A stretch of DNA of 64,000 nucleotides. It comes from a virus. Made by a program: the position numbers and the translations under genes. The stretch's first letter is position 1; each line of letters opens with the position of its first letter. The DNA is taken from positions 1 to 64,000 of IMG/VR virus record IMGVR_UViG_3300047300_001121; one strand, given 5' to 3'. The notes beneath the pieces were generated by a model. That model saw only the letters and a list, made by a program, of their open reading frames with translations. It was not told where the DNA came from and did no database searches. This document shows positions 28,206 to 37,156 of the stretch, piece by piece.

Positions 28206-28501
28206 ATTTGCAGGACCAACTCAACGCGAAGGCCGACAAGAAGCTGGAGGCCATCTACAGCAAGCTCTTCAACAACTTTATTCTCGAGTTTCGCAAAGCG
28301 ACCGGCATCAACCTCGATTCTGAATACACGGCTCCGCCGGAGTTCAAGAGCCTGATCGCCGGATTGAGGATTCGCTACTGGGTCGGAGGCGGAGACGGAC
28401 AGAAAGCCTTCGAGGTCGCGCGCGCCAAGCACCGCGAAATGTTCACCGCCGAGTTCATCCGCAAGGTGGAAGAGGCTCAAGAATTCCTGGAGGGCCAATG
28501 A
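28202..28501 (+). CDS. Hypothetical protein
   Basis: Coupled ORF MNLQDQLN... Confidence 0.65.
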   Translation: MNLQDQLNAKADKKLEAIYSKLFNNFILEFRKATGINLDSEYTAPPEFKSLIAGLRIRYWVGGGDGQKAFEVARAKHREMFTAEFIRKVEEAQEFLEGQ

Positions 28502-28671
28502 GCGACAACATCATTCCATTCAACAAGCCCAAAGAGCCCGAGCCGAAGTGCTCGTTCTGCGGCACACCCAAGAGCAAGGCCAAGAGCATGATCAGCAGCA
28601 GTGACGGCATGCGCCACATCTGCGACCGCTGCATCGTCAAGGCAAAGCAACGACTGACGGAGGCCGCATGA
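28498..28671 (+). CDS. Stand-alone ClpX-type C4 zinc finger (57 aa; not in ORF track)
   Basis: CSFCGTPKSKAKSMISSSDGMRHICDRC; ATGA overlaps at both ends. Confidence 0.75.
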   Translation: MSDNIIPFNKPKEPEPKCSFCGTPKSKAKSMISSSDGMRHICDRCIVKAKQRLTEAA

Positions 28672-29081
28672 AATCAGGCGCACCAATTGACACGCTGCAC
28701 CACGCCCTGGCGCACGCAGCTCATGCAGCATTCCCGGAGATTGAATACGAAGACCGGGACTGGGAGCACTACAGCAAGACAAAGGAAGACAAGCGCATCA
28801 AGAAGAAGCGCAAGCCCTCCGAGTACGACATGGAGGTGCGGGCGATGTTTCCGCAGACCTGGGGCTCAACCGCTCTCGGATTCGGCGGTATAGGCGGCGC
28901 AGCCATGACGACTGCATACACGGTTGTCGTTGAGTGCATGGGCGCCTACGCCGTGTATTTCGGTGGCCATCACGCATACACCATCACGCAACCGAACGAT
29001 CAGTTCTTTGAGGACGTCGCAAAGCAACGCATGTCCGCCGTCCGCGGCGCACAGAAAGCCTACACAAGGGAGGCCGCATGA
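28668..29081 (+). CDS. Conserved phage hypothetical protein
   Basis: FPQTWGSTALGFGGIGGAAMTTAYT. Confidence 0.75.
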   Translation: MKSGAPIDTLHHALAHAAHAAFPEIEYEDRDWEHYSKTKEDKRIKKKRKPSEYDMEVRAMFPQTWGSTALGFGGIGGAAMTTAYTVVVECMGAYAVYFGGHHAYTITQPNDQFFEDVAKQRMSAVRGAQKAYTREAA

Positions 29082-29260
29082 ACTGCTGCGACGCAAACGG
29101 CGACTGCCGACAGGGGCGTGACTGCCCCGTGCGAGCACAGCGCTACACGTCTCCAAAGACCAAGAGCAGCGAGATAACCGAGACCCTGCTCATCGTCGGT
29201 CTGATGTCCACCATCGCGATCTGCATCGGCATGCTCTGCAAACTGTGGAGCATGGCATGA
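29078..29260 (+). CDS. Small Cys-rich membrane protein
   Basis: CCD.NGDCRQGRDCP plus TM helix. Confidence 0.65.
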   Translation: MNCCDANGDCRQGRDCPVRAQRYTSPKTKSSEITETLLIVGLMSTIAICIGMLCKLWSMA

Positions 29261-29649
29261 AACCACAGAAGGCACTCGAGCTGGTGCTTCGGTACTCTCA
29301 TCTGACAAAAACAATCAAGGGTTGCACGCGCCGCATTGGCGAACACCTAGAGCGGTGCAATGGAATCTCCGGAAAGCGGCAGGATCGCGACCAATACGGA
29401 GTGCAGGTACACGAGATCAAGGTGGACGCGAAAAACCGCGAAGTCGATCTGCATCTGGTCGAGTGGTACAAACCGTACTACAGCGGAGATCACTACTACC
29501 CCACATGGGAGTGGCAACACATCAACGAACTCGAGCACAAAGAAGAGTGCCCGCACTGCTACGCTGCGCACTTGGCGATACAGGAGCGCAAACAAGCCCG
29601 AAAGCAGCTGGGCGCCGTAAAAGCTGCAATGTCACGAAGCACAGCATGA
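29257..29649 (+). CDS. Hypothetical protein
   Basis: CPHC motif, coupled. Confidence 0.65.
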   Translation: MKPQKALELVLRYSHLTKTIKGCTRRIGEHLERCNGISGKRQDRDQYGVQVHEIKVDAKNREVDLHLVEWYKPYYSGDHYYPTWEWQHINELEHKEECPHCYAAHLAIQERKQARKQLGAVKAAMSRSTA

Positions 29650-29769
29650 ACATCAAAATTTTCTGGCAGTCGGCTCGCTTCTTTCAGAGGCCTGGGCTGT
29701 ATCTCAAAATCAACAACGCGCGATTCCGCGTCATCCCCTGGCCGCGATTCTGAACAACGAAAGTGCAAC

Positions 29770-30003
29770 ATGATTTCCGAAATTGACATCAAAGACATGA
29801 CCGAGCTGTACAACCTCAAGAACGGCGATAACTTCGCGTTCGCAGACGAGGAGCTCAAGACGCCACCAAATGCGCCGGACATTGATCCGACAGACATCTG
29901 GAAATTCCTCAAGGTCGACGGCATGTACGCCCAGATCCAGCAGGCAGCCGGGCCCATCTCGTTCGTGGCAGCCTGGACCAAGGTGCGGAAGGTTGGCCAA
30001 TGA
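29770..30003 (+). CDS. Hypothetical protein
   Basis: F.KVDGMYA motif. Confidence 0.65.
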   Translation: MISEIDIKDMTELYNLKNGDNFAFADEELKTPPNAPDIDPTDIWKFLKVDGMYAQIQQAAGPISFVAAWTKVRKVGQ

Positions 30004-30203
30004 CAATTAAGACAACAAGCGACGGCGCGGCGGCCGTGAACACGGAGCATTTCTGGATCCCGGTGTCGGAGGTGGCGCCGCCAGCTGGCGTCAAGCTGCT
30101 GCTGATCAACCGGAGATGGGGTGTCGCTCACCTGAGCATCTACCGCAAACAGGATGACTGGACGCACTGGCAGGCGCTGCCGAAATTTAAGGGGCGCTCA
30201 TGA
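30000..30203 (+). CDS. DUF551-like protein
   Basis: WIPVSE...THWQALP. Confidence 0.7.
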   Translation: MTIKTTSDGAAAVNTEHFWIPVSEVAPPAGVKLLLINRRWGVAHLSIYRKQDDWTHWQALPKFKGRS

Positions 30204-30466
30204 GCCTGATGTGCCTATTCATTGGCGGACCTGCCGACGGAGAGCGTCGCATGGTCGAGGATCACATCAACGTGTATTCCGTTGACGAATTCCCGCCGCT
30301 ACCGAATGTGATGACGGCTCGGGCTGACACCCTCAAAGTGACGCGCCACCATTACGTGCGCAGAAAAATGACAAACGGGTGGTATGTGTTTCTGCACGAC
30401 TCTCTACACCCGCGACAGATCGTTGACAAGTTAATCCGCGGCTACCGAAGCACGGATCCGCTCTAA
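30200..30466 (+). CDS. Hypothetical protein
   Basis: FIGGPADG motif. Confidence 0.65.
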   Translation: MSLMCLFIGGPADGERRMVEDHINVYSVDEFPPLPNVMTARADTLKVTRHHYVRRKMTNGWYVFLHDSLHPRQIVDKLIRGYRSTDPL

Positions 30467-30817
30467 GGCCCACCAGGCAGCCTCGCGGTCGCGGGGCTTG
30501 GCCATGATGTTGGCGACAATCTTCTCGAGCTCGCGCTCCATGCGCTTCAGGCCGAGGTCAAACGCGTCGTGCTTCTCTTGCGCCCCAGCCTTGCCCTGGT
30601 CAAGCCAGGTGTGGCACGCGTAGCAAGCCCAAACTCCGGCCCAGTCGTGCGCCTTGAGCGCGCCGCCCTTGTTGTGCTTGGCCTGATTCGAGTGCGCCAG
30701 GACAACCGTCTCGGGGTTGTGATTGCACACCCCTGGCACGCGCATCTGACAAGGCATGCGCTCGGCCATTGAGCGGTAATGCGCATTCTCCTCGCGCTTG
30801 CTCTTCGGGAACATCAT
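30431..30817 (-). CDS. DUF1364/YbcO-like putative nuclease
   Basis: CQMRVPGVCNHNPETVVLAH...KAHD...CYACH. Confidence 0.85.
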   Translation of the reverse strand: MMFPKSKREENAHYRSMAERMPCQMRVPGVCNHNPETVVLAHSNQAKHNKGGALKAHDWAGVWACYACHTWLDQGKAGAQEKHDAFDLGLKRMERELEKIVANIMAKPRDREAAWWALERIRASVAAD

Positions 30818-31245
30818 AGGCTCAGCGAGTCAACGCCTCCGCCGCTGTATGCGTCCAGCTCGCAGGCCAGCTCAACGGCTTTGATTGGATCAAGCCCAAG
30901 GTGCAGAGCGGCCAGCGCAAAGTCTCGGCCAGAGCCAATGCCGTGGTGCTTGTGCTCCATCACCAGCGGCACAGGGAACCGCTCGTACTGCAACACCTGG
31001 CCGGTCGGCGTGACGACCAGCATGCTGGCCTCCATGCCATCATCGTGCGGGTCTGGCCAGTCTTCCGCATTGGCTCCGTTCTCGAACCAGCGCAGCAACA
31101 TCATCGAGACGTCGGCAGCACCAGAGAATCCAACCAGGTGGCCATTCACGCGGAAGATCTTGGTCATGCGACCGCTCTTGTTGTTACCTTCGCAGGCCAT
31201 TCTGTCGGCGGCCATCACTCCGTTGGAATAAACAACTGTCGTCAT
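30814..31245 (-). CDS. HslV/proteasome-beta-like Ntn peptidase
   Basis: M-TT N-terminal nucleophile, AAD, TKIF, GIGSG, DAYSGG. Confidence 0.8.
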   Translation of the reverse strand: MTTVVYSNGVMAADRMACEGNNKSGRMTKIFRVNGHLVGFSGAADVSMMLLRWFENGANAEDWPDPHDDGMEASMLVVTPTGQVLQYERFPVPLVMEHKHHGIGSGRDFALAALHLGLDPIKAVELACELDAYSGGGVDSLSL

Positions 31246-31256
31246 GCGCGCTTCCC

Positions 31257-31766
31257 TTACTTCACGAGACGCGCCACTGCACGCTCTGTTACCGAATCAA
31301 TCACCTCCAGCGCCGCGATCACCTGAGTAATCTCGTCGCGGAACTTCTTCTGCACTGGCCGGCGGCCGGTACCGTTGCAGGCTTTGCAATGCCTGGTAGA
31401 CAACACCGGGGCGTCGTCCTGTAGATCGAACTTGCGTCCGTGACACTTGGGGCACACGGGGTCAACGTGATGCGACAAGGCCTGCATTGCCACGGTCTTG
31501 AGGGCGTGGCCATGAAGGCGCCAGTTTTTCTTGGCGCTGAGCTTCTTGACCATGGCCAGCACCGAGTTGTAGGCGCTCTCAATGGCTGTGTGCGAGCCGG
31601 CAAGATGGACGCGCATCAAGGGTCCAGCGACGGCTGAGTGGCGCCTCGAGGCAATGCCGAGGGCCACGATGTAGTCGGCGTCTGTGCGATGGTCAGCATC
31701 GATCGTCAGATCCGACGTCGACATGGCCGTGCTCAGGCGTTCAAATGCTGAGGGGCGGTCACTCAT
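31257..31766 (-). CDS. Q-like late antiterminator/regulator with zinc finger
   Basis: CPKCHG...CKACNGTG; position downstream of replication genes. Confidence 0.55.
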   Translation of the reverse strand: MSDRPSAFERLSTAMSTSDLTIDADHRTDADYIVALGIASRRHSAVAGPLMRVHLAGSHTAIESAYNSVLAMVKKLSAKKNWRLHGHALKTVAMQALSHHVDPVCPKCHGRKFDLQDDAPVLSTRHCKACNGTGRRPVQKKFRDEITQVIAALEVIDSVTERAVARLVK

Positions 31767-32167
31767 TGCTTGGTCACCTTTCGCTGTTTGACACCAATCT
31801 CGCGAATGGTGATGCCGTGGACGTGCAGCATCAGCTTGCGCTTGATGACGTAGTCCTTTGTTCTTGTCACCGGAGACTTCGTGTCTTCCACCACGGTGTT
31901 GCCCTCGCGATCGATGTAGACGAAGTCGGCGATGTAAGTGACCTCACGCTCGAGGTAGCCGTCAGCGTTGCGCTTGGACGGCACCAGCAGGAATTTCTTC
32001 TGCAACTCGAGGTGGTCCAGGTCACCAATGGACTCGAGCAGCTTGAGCTCGGCGTATCGCCTGGCTTCCGCCTTCGAGTCAAAGGTAATTCCGTCAATCT
32101 GGACCTTGACGGAGTTGTACTTGGAGCGGACGAGACGCGCTGAGCGCGGGAACTGCTGTGCTGCCAT
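31763..32167 (-). CDS. DUF1064 family PD-(D/E)xK endonuclease
   Basis: DGITFDSKAEA...YIADF...VVEDTK. Confidence 0.88.
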   Translation of the reverse strand: MAAQQFPRSARLVRSKYNSVKVQIDGITFDSKAEARRYAELKLLESIGDLDHLELQKKFLLVPSKRNADGYLEREVTYIADFVYIDREGNTVVEDTKSPVTRTKDYVIKRKLMLHVHGITIREIGVKQRKVTKQ

Positions 32168-32448
32168 TACTGGTTGCTGTTGGCAGCCTCAGTCAGGGAA
32201 TCGCTCGGCTGCAGGAGGACGGCCTTGCGGGGCGGGACAATCACAGTCTCGCCGGTGTGCAGGTTGCGGGCTCGCTTCTCGCCGCGTTGCACGGCGTAGA
32301 CCTTGCCCAGACCAAACAGCATGACGGAATCGCCCTTGGCGACGGCGCGCTTGGTTACCGCGGCCGCGGCGGCGAGCACGGAACGGACAACACTCTGCGA
32401 CTGACCAGACACAAAGGCGGCCCGCTTGATGAATTCATTCTTCAGCAC
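32167..32448 (-). CDS. HU/IHF-family DNA-binding protein
   Basis: GDSVMLFGLGK...RARNLHTGETVIVP. Confidence 0.88.
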   Translation of the reverse strand: MLKNEFIKRAAFVSGQSQSVVRSVLAAAAAVTKRAVAKGDSVMLFGLGKVYAVQRGEKRARNLHTGETVIVPPRKAVLLQPSDSLTEAANSNQ

Positions 32449-32537
32449 TGTTGTTTTCCCCCAACAAAATGTTTACGTTGGAGCGTTTGTATCATAAAAA
32501 CAACGGACGCGGAAGTTATTTGTTGGTGCGCAACAAT

Positions 32538-33011
32538 TTATGCGTAGTGCAGCACCGTCTCTACGTGGTTCCTCAGCTGGTCCTCGGTCATGTCCGAGTC
32601 GTTCAAAATCTTGTGCAGGATGACGTCGATGGTGTCCGAGTACAGGCCCTCGAATTCCTCTTCGCTCATGTTGGCGAAGCTGATGGACTTGGCCTCCACG
32701 CGCACCTCGCCGCGGGCGTTGTACACAGCGTCAAAGCGCCCGGAGAGAATGATCAGGTCCTTGCGGAAGCGATCGAAGCTTGGCTTCACCGGCTGGCCCT
32801 TGTATTCCTGGGGTGGCACGGTCTCGGACCAGATGTCGAAAGCGTACTTGGCCAGGGTGAACCACTTCTGCAGGAATTTGTAGTTCCTGATCTGCTTCAC
32901 CTCTACGCGTACGGCGGACCCGGTCTTGACCTTGCGCAGCGCTTCGGCGTCTTCGTCGGTTGCGGGGGCCAGGCTGCCGCCAGGCTGGCGGATCATGACG
33001 AGCTCAGCCAT
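32538..33011 (-). CDS. DUF1367 family protein
   Basis: RNYKFLQK, FDRFRK, AKSISFANM. Confidence 0.88.
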   Translation of the reverse strand: MAELVMIRQPGGSLAPATDEDAEALRKVKTGSAVRVEVKQIRNYKFLQKWFTLAKYAFDIWSETVPPQEYKGQPVKPSFDRFRKDLIILSGRFDAVYNARGEVRVEAKSISFANMSEEEFEGLYSDTIDVILHKILNDSDMTEDQLRNHVETVLHYA

Positions 33012-33231
33012 TTAGCACCCCCAGCGAGAAGGGGCTGCAGCGACGACATTGGCACACCAGGCCAAGCGGCTTGCTTCGCTCCTCCGGAGTCATCTGCTCA
33101 AACAGACAATCGCTGCCCGGGTTGGCCGGCAATCCAAACGTAACAAACGGATTGACTTGGCCGCGCCGGGTGAGGCGCTCGAGGTCGGCAATGCGCCGCT
33201 CCATCTCTTGTATCTTCTGCTGGTCGCTCAT
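33004..33231 (-). CDS. Hypothetical protein
   Basis: CQCRRCSP; coupled. Confidence 0.6.
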   Translation of the reverse strand: MSDQQKIQEMERRIADLERLTRRGQVNPFVTFGLPANPGSDCLFEQMTPEERSKPLGLVCQCRRCSPFSLGVLNG

Positions 33232-33587
33232 GGCATCACCCTCCCAATTTCGGCGGCTGCCCGCACGATGGCGCGACGGGTAGCGGCGTATGGGTCGTCG
33301 CCGTGAACCTCATGATGGAGAAAAGGCCAGCCATCAGCGTCGGGCCATTTGACCCATGTCGCTGCGTTTCGCACCTGGAAGTCGATTTGCAACTTCACCG
33401 CCAGCCGCAGCGCATCGCCATCGTCGTCAAGTGGGTTCCAGCCAGGGAAGTATTCGATGTCGTTGAAGGAGTCGACCAGCAGCAGCCCAGGCACTTCGTA
33501 TTCGTAGGCGGGACACTCAACCCACTTCCATTTTTCACCAGTCGCATTTGCAGCGAGCCCCAACAGTTCGCGATCGGTATCAGCCAC
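33228..33587 (-). CDS. Hypothetical phage protein
   Basis: GTG start (DTDRELL); WNPLDDDGDALRLAV...ATRRAIVRAAA. Confidence 0.7.
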   Translation of the reverse strand: MADTDRELLGLAANATGEKWKWVECPAYEYEVPGLLLVDSFNDIEYFPGWNPLDDDGDALRLAVKLQIDFQVRNAATWVKWPDADGWPFLHHEVHGDDPYAATRRAIVRAAAEIGRVMP

Positions 33588-33939
33588 GGATCGGCTCCCA
33601 CACCGGGACGCCGGCTTCTCGTGCAATCTTGACCATGTGCCGAGTTCCAGGACCGCCCGGAAATGCGATCACGCCATCGACCTGCTGGTCCAGCATCCAC
33701 TGGTTGCGAATGGGTCCAGCGGCATCACCGTGCCGTTCCCAATCGGCAGGCGCCGTCAGGTACGGAATGGCAGCGGCATGCGCCCACCTGGCGGCCAGGC
33801 TATCCGCACCCTTGGCGCCGCCGGTGATCAACAGCGCAATACCGTGCCGCTCGTGAGCCATCGTCAAAACGCGGTCAACAGCGCCGGCATCTCGCCATTC
33901 GCGGCCACCGCACACAATGAGTTTCTTTCCTTCAGACAT
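33580..33939 (-). CDS. YspA/SLOG (DUF2493) family protein
   Basis: VCGGR, GGAKGAD, AGPIRN, AFPGGPGT. Confidence 0.88.
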   Translation of the reverse strand: MSEGKKLIVCGGREWRDAGAVDRVLTMAHERHGIALLITGGAKGADSLAARWAHAAAIPYLTAPADWERHGDAAGPIRNQWMLDQQVDGVIAFPGGPGTRHMVKIAREAGVPVWEPIRG

Positions 33940-33954
33940 AAATCAACTCCAACA

Positions 33955-34455
33955 TCAAACCGTAGCCTCGTGCCTCGCGTACTCCCCGTGGTGCGCAACA
34001 CGAGAGCTCTTGATCGCGTCGGCCGCGTCACCAATATCATCGAACAACCCGACGTAGATCGTCTTTCCATCCTTCTTGAATCGAGCCTGCCACTTTCCTG
34101 TGATGCGGTGCCAGTAGACACCCTTGACGCCAGATGAGTTGTTTATACTCATCTTCCTGTTGGCCATATTTTGTGAGCGCGTCACCTCCCTTAGATTGTC
34201 AATCCTGTTGTTTCCGGGATTTCCATCGATGTGATCAACCTCCATCGGAAATCTTCCGTGGTGCATAAGAAAGATAATTTGATGGGCCCTATACACTCGA
34301 CCGAGAACCCTTACAACACGGTAGCCAAGTGACTCTGTGCTGCCAGCCTCGTCGCCAACTCGAGTGTGGTTGGCCCTTGGCAACTTCTTCCAAAAAATCT
34401 TTCCGTCAAGGTAATCAAAGTACTCGTGTGCTTGATCAAATGTGATTGTCTTCAT
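33955..34455 (-). CDS. HNH homing endonuclease with AP2 domain
   Basis: VDHIDGNPGNNRIDNLR; NSSGVKGV...YVGLF; low GC. Confidence 0.9.
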   Translation of the reverse strand: MKTITFDQAHEYFDYLDGKIFWKKLPRANHTRVGDEAGSTESLGYRVVRVLGRVYRAHQIIFLMHHGRFPMEVDHIDGNPGNNRIDNLREVTRSQNMANRKMSINNSSGVKGVYWHRITGKWQARFKKDGKTIYVGLFDDIGDAADAIKSSRVAHHGEYARHEATV

Positions 34456-34607
34456 TCCGCAATACTCCCAACCTTAACCAAGCCCACGCCATCGCCAAGA
34501 CAAAACAATGCCCAGCTGACGACGCTGTCGGGCACATCTAATCCAGCTTGCACCATATCGAGAAGGCGATGCGCCTCGAGCTCTTCATGATTGCAGTTGT
34601 TACGCAT
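34452..34607 (-). CDS. Hypothetical protein
   Basis: AHRLLD...WAL..LGD. Confidence 0.55.
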   Translation of the reverse strand: MRNNCNHEELEAHRLLDMVQAGLDVPDSVVSWALFCLGDGVGLVKVGSIAE

Positions 34608-35442
34608 CTCGCATCTCCTTGCGCGCCGTGGCGCGGTATGAGTTCCAGTCAAAGGGGAGCCAGCGCGCAGTCTCGGTGAGTCGGTCAAACACACGGTCGC
34701 CGATTGCCGCACGGAACTCATCCTTGCCCAGGTTGGTCATCAGGATCACCGGCCGCATCGCGCGATACCGGCGGTCCAGCACGTCAAACAAAATCGCCCG
34801 CTCGCCATCGGTGCCGTACTGCACGCCGATCTCGTCGATCACCAGCAGGGGCACACCCTGCAATCGCCCGAGCAGCTTGGCCTCCGTCATCTCACTGTCG
34901 CGGCGCCAGGTGTCACGCAACATCCGGATCAGGTCCATCAGCGTCACGTAGACACCGACATGCCTGGGCAGGATGGCTTGCAGGATGGCGCCGGCGAGAT
35001 GACTCTTGCCCGTCCCGGGTTGGCCAGACATGATCAGCGACGTGCCGATCTTCAGGTGCCGGTCGAAGTTCTCAGCGAATGCGCGGCAGACCTCGAGCGC
35101 CTTTTTCTGGCCGTCGTTTTCGGCGCGGTAGTTGTCGAGGGTCTTGCCAATGAAGCGGGGAGGGATGGCGGTCTGCGCCAGGGCCTCTTCGATTCTGGCC
35201 TTGAGCTCGTTCTGTCGCGCAACCTCAGCCTGCTTGACGGCCTCGGCCTCAGCATCCTTCGCGCATGCCGGGCAACCCATCCAGACGTCGCGAGGCGGGT
35301 TTGCGATCAGCAGCCGGTATCCGGTCGCGGTGTACTCGCCGTGCTTGTCGCAGACGCGAACGGAAGGCTCGAGGGCTTGGGTCGGCAGGGAGCCGCTGAC
35401 CACGCGCCAGGGACCGATCGAATCAGGAGAAGCTGCCGTCAT
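34600..35442 (-). CDS. DnaC/IstB-like ATPase (helicase loader)
   Basis: GQPGTGKS Walker A, LVIDE Walker B, RVFDRL. Confidence 0.9.
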   Translation of the reverse strand: MTAASPDSIGPWRVVSGSLPTQALEPSVRVCDKHGEYTATGYRLLIANPPRDVWMGCPACAKDAEAEAVKQAEVARQNELKARIEEALAQTAIPPRFIGKTLDNYRAENDGQKKALEVCRAFAENFDRHLKIGTSLIMSGQPGTGKSHLAGAILQAILPRHVGVYVTLMDLIRMLRDTWRRDSEMTEAKLLGRLQGVPLLVIDEIGVQYGTDGERAILFDVLDRRYRAMRPVILMTNLGKDEFRAAIGDRVFDRLTETARWLPFDWNSYRATARKEMRDA

Positions 35443-36172
35443 CGTTGATGCCCTCGCGGTAATTGACCTTCTGGAACCCGCTGTGGGAGCTCTTCTTCAT
35501 CGGCAGTCGCTTACCAAGCCAGGCCAGTGGATCGACCGGCTGCTCGCGGTAGCAATCGCGGATTGCCTGCACAACGACGCTGTCACCATGGTCCTTGCAC
35601 TTGCCGGCCAGGAAGGACCGGGCTGCCTTGTCGGTGTTGCCTGCGTTGACCAGGATCGGAACGCCGTAGGCGAAGATTTTGTCCTTGTCGGTCAGCTCCT
35701 GGTCAACAGCTGGCGGATCCTGTACCGGCGGCTCGCCGCCCGTTACGGTAGTAACGGAATCTCTATTCTTCTCTTCTTTAGGTAACGCCGAAGTAACGCC
35801 GGCAGCGTTACCTGTAGCGTTACCTTTTGCCTTGTTCTTGGCTACGCGCTTGGCGGTAAGCGCCCTGTTCTTGGCTGTGTTTCCGTTGTGCCGCTCGAAA
35901 TTTGGCAGATTGATGCCGTCTTCCCTGATCTCGATCCAGCCGACGGACTGCACCGCCTCACAGAAGCCAGAGGTTCCAATGATGCGATCGAGTAACGCTG
36001 AGGTAACGCCGCGAGCGTTACCATTTTCGGTGTGCTGATCGAACCAGCGCCACATCCGGAACAGCTTGCCGACCGTCAGATCAACATCATCCCAGCCCAT
36101 CTTGGCGGTGATCGCCAGGACCTCCGCCTTTTCAGGAGTGCAGCACTCCATCTTGATCCAGTCACCGGCCAT
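35423..36172 (-). CDS. Replication initiator protein
   Basis: MAGDWIKM...VGKLFRMWRWFD...PNFERHNG; upstream of the loader; internal iterons. Confidence 0.8.
   Translation of the reverse strand: MAGDWIKMECCTPEKAEVLAITAKMGWDDVDLTVGKLFRMWRWFDQHTENGNARGVTSALLDRIIGTSGFCEAVQSVGWIEIREDGINLPNFERHNGNTAKNRALTAKRVAKNKAKGNATGNAAGVTSALPKEEKNRDSVTTVTGGEPPVQDPPAVDQELTDKDKIFAYGVPILVNAGNTDKAARSFLAGKCKDHGDSVVVQAIRDCYREQPVDPLAWLGKRLPMKKSSHSGFQKVNYREGINDDGSFS
35741..36022. repeat. Probable replication origin: GTAACG iterons
   Basis: Nine GTAACG/CGTTAC hexamers; 32-bp units 35781-35812 and 35991-36022 match at 27/32; AT-rich tract 35761-35780. Confidence 0.7.
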
Positions 36173-36515
36173 AGAACGCCTCTCTTACGCTGGCGTTCGT
36201 GCGCCGCACAAAGTCATCAATCAGATCAAGATCAGCGTCTGTCGGCGCAAACCATTCCCCGCGAGCTCGCGATCCGGCCATGAGATTGTGGAGGCATTTT
36301 TCTACAGCATCCGGCAGCGGGGTCCTGATGGTTTGCCATAGCTCCAGGTCAAATGGGCAGCCTGACTGGATGCCCTGGATGCGCTTCTTGAGGGTGTTGC
36401 TCTTGCCGATCTTGATGAACTTAAATCCCGGGGTCGCCAGGACATAGACCGCAGGCAGCTCACACCTCTTCGTGTGACCGGCAAGGTCACCCGGCGAGTG
36501 AGCGTAATACTGCAT
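36162..36515 (-). CDS. T5orf172/Mug113 GIY-YIG domain protein
   Basis: VYVL...IKIGKS...RI..IQSGCP...EK.LH...GEWF. Confidence 0.85.
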   Translation of the reverse strand: MQYYAHSPGDLAGHTKRCELPAVYVLATPGFKFIKIGKSNTLKKRIQGIQSGCPFDLELWQTIRTPLPDAVEKCLHNLMAGSRARGEWFAPTDADLDLIDDFVRRTNASVREAFYGR

Positions 36516-36706
36516 ATTGCTTCTTTCCCTTCCGGTGTCCGGAAGTACAAAAGCCCAAGTCGGAATCCTCACCGAGGTTGCGTCGGCGTTGGCGGACAGG
36601 TGAGTAACCTGCAGGATTCCGGCTTGGGCTTACTCGTTTCCTCCCCCGCCAAGGGGATCCGCAGATTCTACAACACGATGGTTGCATGAAAAACATCCTG
36701 TTGCTT

Positions 36707-37027
36707 TTACGCCACAGCAGTCTCAGGGCTGGACGGCACCGTGTCGTACACGTCGTTGTCGTCTACATCTTCGCCAGGGCGCAGTGGCCTCAAACAGGCA
36801 TCGGGTACGGGACCTGACCTTCGATATTCCAGGCCGCAGCCCCAGGCAGAGTCCCAAACCAGGTCGCTGCCGGCTGTATCACACAACCACACAAAACCAT
36901 CAAAATCCCTCAGCACGATGCCGCTTTGTCCAGGCTCATAGGGCTGGACAACGCGCACGATTTTCCCCATATTCGCTGGGGTTTTTGAGCGTACGACGAC
37001 CGCGAGGTCGCCGGGTTTGCAGTTCAT
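36707..37027 (-). CDS. Hypothetical protein (MNCKPGDLA family), paralog of 23398-23721
   Basis: GGAGGAG RBS; first gene divergent from the repressor. Confidence 0.75.
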   Translation of the reverse strand: MNCKPGDLAVVVRSKTPANMGKIVRVVQPYEPGQSGIVLRDFDGFVWLCDTAGSDLVWDSAWGCGLEYRRSGPVPDACLRPLRPGEDVDDNDVYDTVPSSPETAVA

Positions 37028-37156
37028 GGGTGCTCCTCCAATAACAACATGAATTGATGTCGATTGTCTTGGCCTTACTGTTGGCTTGTCAACGAAATGT
37101 TTGTGGCGTATCGTTGTTGTTGCGCAACATTTCGTCTTCAACCATAGGGGTCAGAC

